64,000 bases of DNA from positions 62,001 to 126,000 of the forward strand of contig NMRA01000299.1 in assembly GCA_002633005.1 (NCBI GenBank), read 5' to 3'. Origin of the DNA: Phoronis australis (taxonomy: Eukaryota > Animalia > Phoronida). The notes beneath the pieces were generated by a model. That model was not told where the DNA came from and did no database searches. It saw only the letters and a program-made list of their open reading frames with translations. Both the position numbers and the translations under genes were made by a program. Shown piece by piece: positions 51,101-60,100 of this stretch; the stretch's first letter is position 1, and every line of letters begins with the position of its first letter.

Positions 51101-54100
51101 TTGTCACTGAAAGGTAAGCGAGTTGCGCGACGAACGTTCACAAAAGCACACACTTAAGGTCTCGATTATAAAAAATTGGGGGTGGGCGGTAAGCCGAGCA
51201 TGAGCGCTTAAAAATGAACAAGAGCAACGCGGAGCGTTGAAATGTGCCCACGAATACATCGCAAATGGTGTGCTTTTAAGGTTATTCATTTGTATCATAA
51301 AAATGGCCACAAACATACAATCCATCCAAAATATTTCATAAAAATCTGTCAAGGAACTTCAGAGAAACAAAGGAAAACCGAACAAAATGAAATTGCCACT
51401 TGTGGGCACTGTGAGCGTCCGCTCCATCCGCATGAAAGTCGTCGTCTGTTAGCTTCATATGAATTCACTTGCTAAATTTGATAAAGATCCTGCAGTGGGT
51501 TTTGGAGATACAGCTATGGGTGCAAAGCAAAACAAAACTACCACTAGGAGGCGCCAAAGTAATCAGTCACCATCATCAAACGTCCTCTTCACACTGAAAA
51601 CATATACACCAATTTTTAAAACCATCTCTAGAATGATTTGGTTGATCGAGGGGTGGACGCCAAAAATAAGATCTGAAAACAGTAAAAATGGCCACCAGGT
51701 GGCACAAAATACCTCGATTCCATCCAAAAACAGGATGATAGTGTCATCTCACTAATAGATGCCTATATTCAAAATTTTATGAAAATCTGTTGAGGACCAT
51801 TGACGATACAGACTGGTAAACGTGAAAAACTAAAATTGCCACTAGGGGGCACACCAGTGGTCAGATCCGTCCGAAAGTCGTTGTTGTCCATTGTTAACTT
51901 CATATAAATACACTTGCTAAATCAAGTAAAGATTCTGCAAACAGTTTAATAGATACAGCTATCAGTACACAAAAATGCCACTAGGAGGTGCCACAATAGT
52001 AGAACTCGTTGGAAAATCATCGTTAGCCGTCCACTGCATAGTAAAAACATACATGCAAATTTTAACAACCATCCTGAAAGTGGTTTGGTTGACGAGTGGA
52101 CGCCAAACACAGACTCGAAAATAGTAAAAATGGCCACTAGGTGGCGCAAACTAGGTCGAATCCATCTGAAAATGGAGAGATAGCGCCATCTCACTAATAG
52201 ATGCCTAATATACCAAGTTTTATGAAAATGAAGATACAGAGGTAAACGTAAAAAATTAAAATTTTCATTAGGGGGCACACCGGAAGTCAGATCTGTTCGA
52301 AAGTTCGCTCATGCCATCCCATCTACCGAAGAAACACATGTGCAAAATTTTATGAACATACGTCACGGCGTTTTGGAGACAGAGCAGTGGATTCCGGACG
52401 GACAGACGCACAAATGGGGATGACAGCATAATGTGTCCACACATAAATATGTGGGGAAATTAAAATTGAAAATTTCGGGGGTGAGCGGTAAGCCGAGCAT
52501 GGGCAGTAACCTGGAGGAGTACGGTAGTAGAAAGCCAACAAACATGGTTAGTGTGCAGTCTTCCAGTGAACTAAATTTACGTGTACAATGCCAAATTTGA
52601 ATGAGCTCGTTCATTTGGGTTACCTAAATCCTTAATCCAAGGCATTGTTCTTGAAAAAGCAGTCCTACTACAGTTCTAAACAGCAAAGATTTACCAAATG
52701 AAAACTCCAATGCACGGTGATCAAGCGGCAATTTTTAGGCCTCGCTAGCTTCAATATGAGTCAGAAAAAAGCCAATAGCTGACTCAAAAGAATCAGCCCT
52801 AAATCTAATATAAATCAAATGGAAATGATTTCTGGTATATGCATACAGTAAATCTGTCTGATAACTAAGATGTTTACACGAAATTGCAACCTAATATGTA
52901 TTTTTTACTGACACAATCTTTGACTCTACCTCGCTAGTAACGTAAAATCTGCTTTTCGTGATACAGTCCTTACTTCAAGTTCTACGAATCAACAGTTTCC
53001 CCCAATTATTTTCCAGTGCTGTGATTAAAATGGGGGAAATATCTCAATATTAACTATTTCCATTCCAGAAGCAAACACACCAAAAAAGAAATTTATCGAA
53101 GCTAAAAGGACACACTGCAACACAACTGTTCAGTTAATGTTTCAATTTTGATAATTATTCAATGATTCAATATTTTAACTTGATTTATTTCACAAACTAA
53201 AAATTCTTAGAAATTCATTATGAAATAAAACTTTACTAATTTTTCAACAGGCATGTATATATGCTTGGCATACATATGACGTCAACAAGCCAATTGTACA
53301 TGCAGATATCGCTGCCATGCAAATAAGTTCATATACAAATAATAGTTTATCCTACATACATAAGAATACTACTGCAATATCCTATCTCGAATTCATTTCA
53401 TCTGGAAATCATCTGGGAATGTCCCAACTGTCTCGTTGGAACATTCCCATATGAAATGAATTCTTGATAGGATATGGCAGTAGTATTCCTATGTAAGTGG
53501 GATAACCTATATAACTACCGTAGTGTGTATCTTCAACATTGTCTATCCATTCCATTCCTTACAGAAAGGGCATAATATTTACAACATAGTATGTGGGGAC
53601 AAGATGAATCATATTGCAACTTGCCACCATAGCAAAGATCCTGCATAAAACCTCAAGTAGAGAGCATAGTATGGAAAGAATAGGATCATGAGGCATGTTA
53701 AGGTTATACCGAAGCTTTGGCTTACTAGGCACATACCCATGACCAAACTTTATATCTTCAAAAATATTAATACTCATACCGATAGGCATTTGCTACCTCC
53801 CACAGTACAACTGCCATCATCATTGTAGTCCATGTAACTGCCTATGGCCTCAACAGGCATTCCCCATGCCCGGCTGATCATCCAGTTGGGTAAAGTGGGT
53901 AGGGGTTGCCCTGAAAGAACCAAATTTAAAGTGATATGAAGATTGCAATTTCAATTCCATGACAAACACACATATTTGCTTTCATAGTTACTACACTCAT
54001 ACAACAAGAAAAACGCAAAGCATTGACAATTGCATGCGTCACCACAAATTGTGACCTATTTAAAGCGTATCCACAACAAATTTTTTGTACTTAGAGGTTT

Positions 54101-57100
54101 TGGACCGTGTATAACTAAAAAAACACTTCTTTTGAGGAACAATTAAGGAATTTTAAAGAAAAATTAATGATTTTTCGGCTTCCATGTGGTGTCATCATGA
54201 AGTTGATCAGTAGATAGCATTATGTGCAAAATTGGAAGATAGCAGTCTTGTGATTTTGTAAGTTACGAAGACTTAGCGAGCGAGTTTGGTGAGTATTATG
54301 AAGACAGGTATGGAAATAGCAATGAAGACAACACTGAGGCCATAGGTGAAACAGGTAATGAGTTGGACCTCGCCATATCGGCAGACTTTGCATGTTGAGA
54401 CCGTACAAACTCAACCCTACCCCACCAGTGTCTTTGGCAAGCAAAGCCAAGTCAAAACGTATTCAGTCTGTGGACAGTGCTGATTTCAGAGTAGTAATTA
54501 CAGTGCCTTTTATTCTATCATGATTTAATTTTCTAACCACTTCAGTGTCGGGTAATATATGTGTCTCGACTGTAAATCTAACAGAAGATTTTTCACAGGC
54601 TATCGAAGTCCAGTCGTGAATAGTGGACACTCACTCTGCATTCAAAAAAATGAAACCAGAGTTTGTCAGGAACGATCATAATACGATTATAATGAAGCTA
54701 ACTGGATTTTATTTCTGGTAAATTATACCCGTTTCTGTCGTGTCAGTTCCAAAATTATGAAATTCAAACTAAGCTTTGTGCCGTCGAGACTCGGCGATTA
54801 TTTCAGACCAGTGTCTGACTCCAGCCTCTGTGCCAGCTGCAGTTGTGACCTCAAACTATTTGCATGGTATCTACGTCCCATTTTCTACTATTGGGTATTG
54901 TGGATAGCATTCATTCCAACAAAATCTTACAACAAGAATAGACTGATGGAAACTTACTACAATCACATCTCAGTCACAATTTGATGTTGTGGCTCATAAG
55001 GCCTTTTCATACTGAGTGGAGCGCTGACGTAAACTGCGAAGTTAACTAAACCGTTCATACTGGCTTTGGTAGTTAACGGGCATTGAAGTCAACGGTAGGT
55101 GACTGTTGCCATCGCAGTAATTGCAAAGTAACGCAGCAAGCTAATACTTTTTTAACATTACAACTTGGGAGCATTTGCATGACTGCGCTAATTGACATAA
55201 AACACATTTTTAATTCCATTGGTGATTATTAGACCAAAATATGAGCAACCATTAGCGGCACTACCCTGCAATTGTTGATGATAACAGTGGCACCTGCTTA
55301 TAACTTCAATAGGACCGAAGTTGACCGTTCATACTACACCGCAGCGTCGAAGCTCTGCTCTTAAATCTACTTGTTTACTGCAAAGTTAACTGGCGCTGTA
55401 AACTTCGACCAGGACCAAACTTAAGCATTCATACTGACCGCAACTCCCCAAAACATCAAAGCGTCGACGTCAGTCTGAAAGGCCCTATATGTTATTTCAA
55501 GTTGTATACTTAGCTACCTAAATACATGTGTCGGTTAGAAAAGCCACGACTCAAATTTTGCATTGGCAACTAGCCTTGCAGCAAATTCTTGGAATTAAAT
55601 TCTAATGATCATAGGTGGTCTGGGGAATTGCATGGCTCAGATTAAATGCCAATGTATGGGCATGTGCCCAACCTCAATTTCTTGAAATTTACGATTTAAA
55701 GCACCCATCTTTTGGTTAAGCACTTACCTCCCCACTGTTTTCCAGGCTCGCCAAGTGTCCAGGCATTAACCTGTATGTTTAATGTTAAAACAAAGGATGA
55801 GCCCACTTCCAGAAATTCCTGGGAAACTAGACATTTTACAAAACTACACACTCTGCAATGAAATGATATCACATCAGATTCTCAACAGAAACAAGTGTTA
55901 ATTCATACCTTTGACTGCAACCAAGGCCACATAGTGGTTCCGGCCCGAATTGCTCCATGCTAAACAAATAGGTTTGTTCAAAGTACCATCTTTGCTGCGG
56001 CAATTTTCTGGTGGTACAAGTGCAGGCAGAAAGACTCCTAGAACAGAAACAAGAAATCACTCTGAAGGTTGAAGTTGAGCAAGACACAAAAATAAAGTGA
56101 ATGTCATGAGGTGACCACTACACTTACAAGAACAAGGCAGTGTTGATATATGCCCACTGTGTACATCGCATGTAGCACAGAAACAACAGATGATTAATAA
56201 TTAAAACGTTCCCACTAGACTAGAGGGAGTAATACAGCCTCAAGAGGGCAGAAAGCATGTCAGCAATGCTCTCTTCAATATCCTTTCATCATCATACCTC
56301 AGCAGTTTGATGGATAGGGAGGCAGACATTAAAGAACAGTGACGCAAAAATAATAAGAAAGGTCATTAGGGTGATTCCATAATAGACGGATTTGTCCCAA
56401 AATCCATTCGTACCTAAACTAACGTCAATAGGTGACTTTCGAAATAGCCACGCCAAATTGAAATTCACTAACCCGCCAAATGGCGATCAGGTCTTGCATG
56501 GACAAGCATTCAGTGCCACCTACAGATCCCATGTAATGGCTGGGGATGGGAGGTTTCAATCTACTGGACAGGTACAAAAAGTGTTTTAACAACTTTCCTG
56601 GCATTATAATGCCAGCAAATTTCCATTGCCGTGAGGTAACATGTACTACTGTCTTATGAAAAAAAGCCAAACTTTTTGAAACATCAATGAATGAATAAGT
56701 ACATCATGTTTCACACATTTCCCACAAAGAAGAAATATTTCCAAAAAAGCCAGTGGTTGCAACTGTTAAAGCAAAAGAATTTCGATCTCAGCCAGTGTCA
56801 AAACGCTAAAATAAATTAGTGAACTGTAACTAATCAAACAATGGGAGGGGCTAACAGTGGAATTCATTCTTCTTCTTTAAGGCTGATTAGGATCAACCGG
56901 AAGTCACTTTTGTGCTCTCATTACTCTACACAGGGCCAATATGAAAAGTGCCCTATTGTGCTCTCCTAAACAGGACATTTACCGTAAACGTTCGGGTTAA
57001 CGCCCTGGGCGGTTAAATTGGCAAACCCAAAAAATCGGGGGTGGGCGGTTAACCAGACATGGGCGCTTATTACGACAGGCAAGCGCCCTGGGCGGTTTAT

Positions 57101-60100
57101 CTTACCTCGTGATCTAAGTACCCACACCACACACGTAGGCCTACTCGGAACACGTTGCACTTTTCAAAGAGCGTTATCGTCACGTCGCCACATGACGGGA
57201 AAAATGTCATAACAGCGGATGATCCTAACAAAGGTTATCATGCCCTCAGATTAGTTATTCACTATTAAATTTACAGAATTGCTGAGTAATAGCCCCATGA
57301 CATCCTGCGGTCTTGTTATATAGCCTTGTAGAGTGCAGACGACCACTGACCATGCAGCCTCTACTTCGATTGCAACTATTTCATCTTGCTAAAGTGTGCG
57401 CGTGCAAGCTTCACGTGTTGCAGAGGTCACAGCAGACATCAAATTTATGGTTACAGTCTCGCACTAGCTGCCAACTTCATAGTCAGAGAGCAGTTTTAAA
57501 ATTGGTTGTAATAAAAGTTTGAAAACCTTAATTCAGATGTTTTTTTGTGTTTGGGATGTTCATAGTCAACACTCCGTGACTCAATGACATTTTCAGCGTA
57601 TGGTTCTGTGGCTTGCTGTTTTATCTCGACTGCCCGACATTGCTCACTTGCCGTTGCGCCAAACATGCCAGGCAAAGAAGTAGACACAAGACAAGAATCA
57701 GGGTTAAGCGGCCGTGTGCCACTCGTCAATCAAGAATAAAATTTCGAGGCACGGCATAAATATGTGATAAAACGCTACAAGACAGCGGTGTTTCAATTCA
57801 TAAACAATCACTTTACCAAACTTTGTGGTGGAAAAACATTTATTTTTCATGCGAGATGTCCAGATTATCCTATTTAAATCACTTGCAATATTGCACTGCG
57901 GCACTGTTCGGTCCCGTTGTTAGTGCGCAATGTCTCAGTCGGCTGACAATCGTGACTTGGAAATGCCGTCAAGTAATATAACGGCCCCTTACACATCTCG
58001 TTTTTTATGGCCAAAGATAGCGGCAGGATTCAGCACACGCGTAGGGCCTACGTGCGAGTCACCTGTCAATCACATGTTGGTGTCAAGGTAACATGCACTC
58101 CAAAGTGTGGGAACTTGTGCGCGTGCACCACTACAAAGTCACACATCAAAAGAGAATAGCGACAGTCCTAAGTAACAGAAACGGGCGTGACTATACTTTT
58201 AACCATTGTCTCATTTCTCTGGCCTGATTTTTTCGAATATATGTTTTATCAAGTGCACTGCAGACGAAAACTCAGCGCGGCAGACAAAGTCGCTGCAAGC
58301 GGAGGTTTTGACGCCGGCGGCGTTCTTAAACTTTGCAAACATGGGAAGAAAATAAAGTGACAAAAACGTTCAAGTATTATATTTTGAAGTGAGTTCATGA
58401 CCCAAGACAATAACTCGTTACTTGTATAATTGCAATTCACATTACTAAACCACCGTCTGGGAGGCCCGGCGTCGTTGCGCTCATTGTGATCATCAATCTT
58501 TTTCTAAAAGTCGGGGAATCGCGCGTTTCCTTAACACTGGGTGCTAAATCTTCATTCTTTAAAAGTCGGGGATGGGCGCTTAACCGAGAGGTGGGCGCTT
58601 AACTGGAAATCTTCAAAATCGCAGGGGTGCGCTTAACCGAGCAGTGGGCGGTTAAATCGAAAATCCACCTAAAGTAGGGGGTGGGCGGTTAACTGAGCAT
58701 GGGTGTTAACCCGAACGTTTACGGTATATTACCAAATATCATGAAGATCCATCAATCAACATCAAACAGGTAGAAAATGCGACGTGCTATTTTTGTAAGT
58801 TAAGCTAAAACTCAAAGTAAGCAAGTAATCCAAAAAATCCAACAGTATTTTGAAATAACAAATACGAATTTTTCAAATGGAAATGGCATAATTAAGGTCA
58901 GTCTATGGGTCATCATGTTATGAATGAAAACTTGACTTAATAACATGCAGATGTGGAAATAATAATGATAGACGAGTTATAAACACATTTTCAAAATCCC
59001 TGATCCTTCTACTTTATAAAAAGCATATTTTTGCAGGTTGACATGTCCTAGGTTTTTGATAATTGACTTAGAATTAGGGTCACTAAATAAGGTTTTACAA
59101 AACCTCAGATTGAAACATATCTGCATGAGGGGCTACCAAAACATCTTTATTTCATGAAAAACGGGGCAGTGGCATAAAATTGAAAAGGAATGATAACTTA
59201 GAGAACTGTAAAAGCGTTTTTAATTTGAGATTTTATCTTGAATACTAATATCAGACAGAATGTGGTCATCTTACTGATACCAATATTTGTTTTAATTACT
59301 AGACGTAAGTACATTTGCATTTGTTGTTTTTTTACTAAAAAGAAGTGGATTCATAACCAAACCAACCCCATATAAGAATAGAATTAAAAATCAAATCCTA
59401 AAACTGGTTTTCTGTAGATACTTGATTGAATGCAGACTATATAACCTTAAAGAGAACAAAAACCCTTACAAATGTGAGAGGATGTTTGTCCATCTTGAAT
59501 TCGGTTATAATTTGAGTAAATACAGTGTCGCCATCAGTTACGGCAGGGTTGTACAACCCTTTCAAAGCCCAGCTGTGTCGTGTCAATCCTAGGTAATCGA
59601 TGCTCGAAACCATTTCGTATAGCAATGAAGAATATTTTGAGACCTGTTCATTAGAGTCCATTTCCAGGTATACATTGAAAGGAAATACCCTTTTACAAAG
59701 GAACCCCACCACCTCCAAACCATCTGAAAAAGGTTGATATTTATGGGGAATTTTCAAAAATCTTTTACAAACCTGAGTAATCTCCACTGCTCTGGAGGCC
59801 ACTCATAGAGTCCAGTAATACAATTGGACGATGAAGGACATTGGCGAGACCAAATATATGGATGTTACGTAAGCCTAGAGGTTCACCATTAGGAGGCAGA
59901 TAGTATGGGTCACATTCATTAATGATCACTTCCCATTCGCTGGCATCAATGAAGTCCTGAAATTGCAATTTGTACGTGGACAGGTTATCACGGAAATGCT
60001 TCTTGAGGTTCTCCCTGAGGGCATGCCAGAACAGTTCTCGTCCAACCAAGGCACGCGATACAGCATGCACAAGGCAATGTCCATCACCATCTGCATGTAT

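Larger units (their letters stand above)
49670..52524. mobile_element. Tc1/mariner-like (TACCGTA-type) element, left tip lost, hosting a HINE-like insert
   Basis: Ends GGAGTACGG|TA; 49670-50030 is the reverse complement of 31860-32262. Confidence 0.55.
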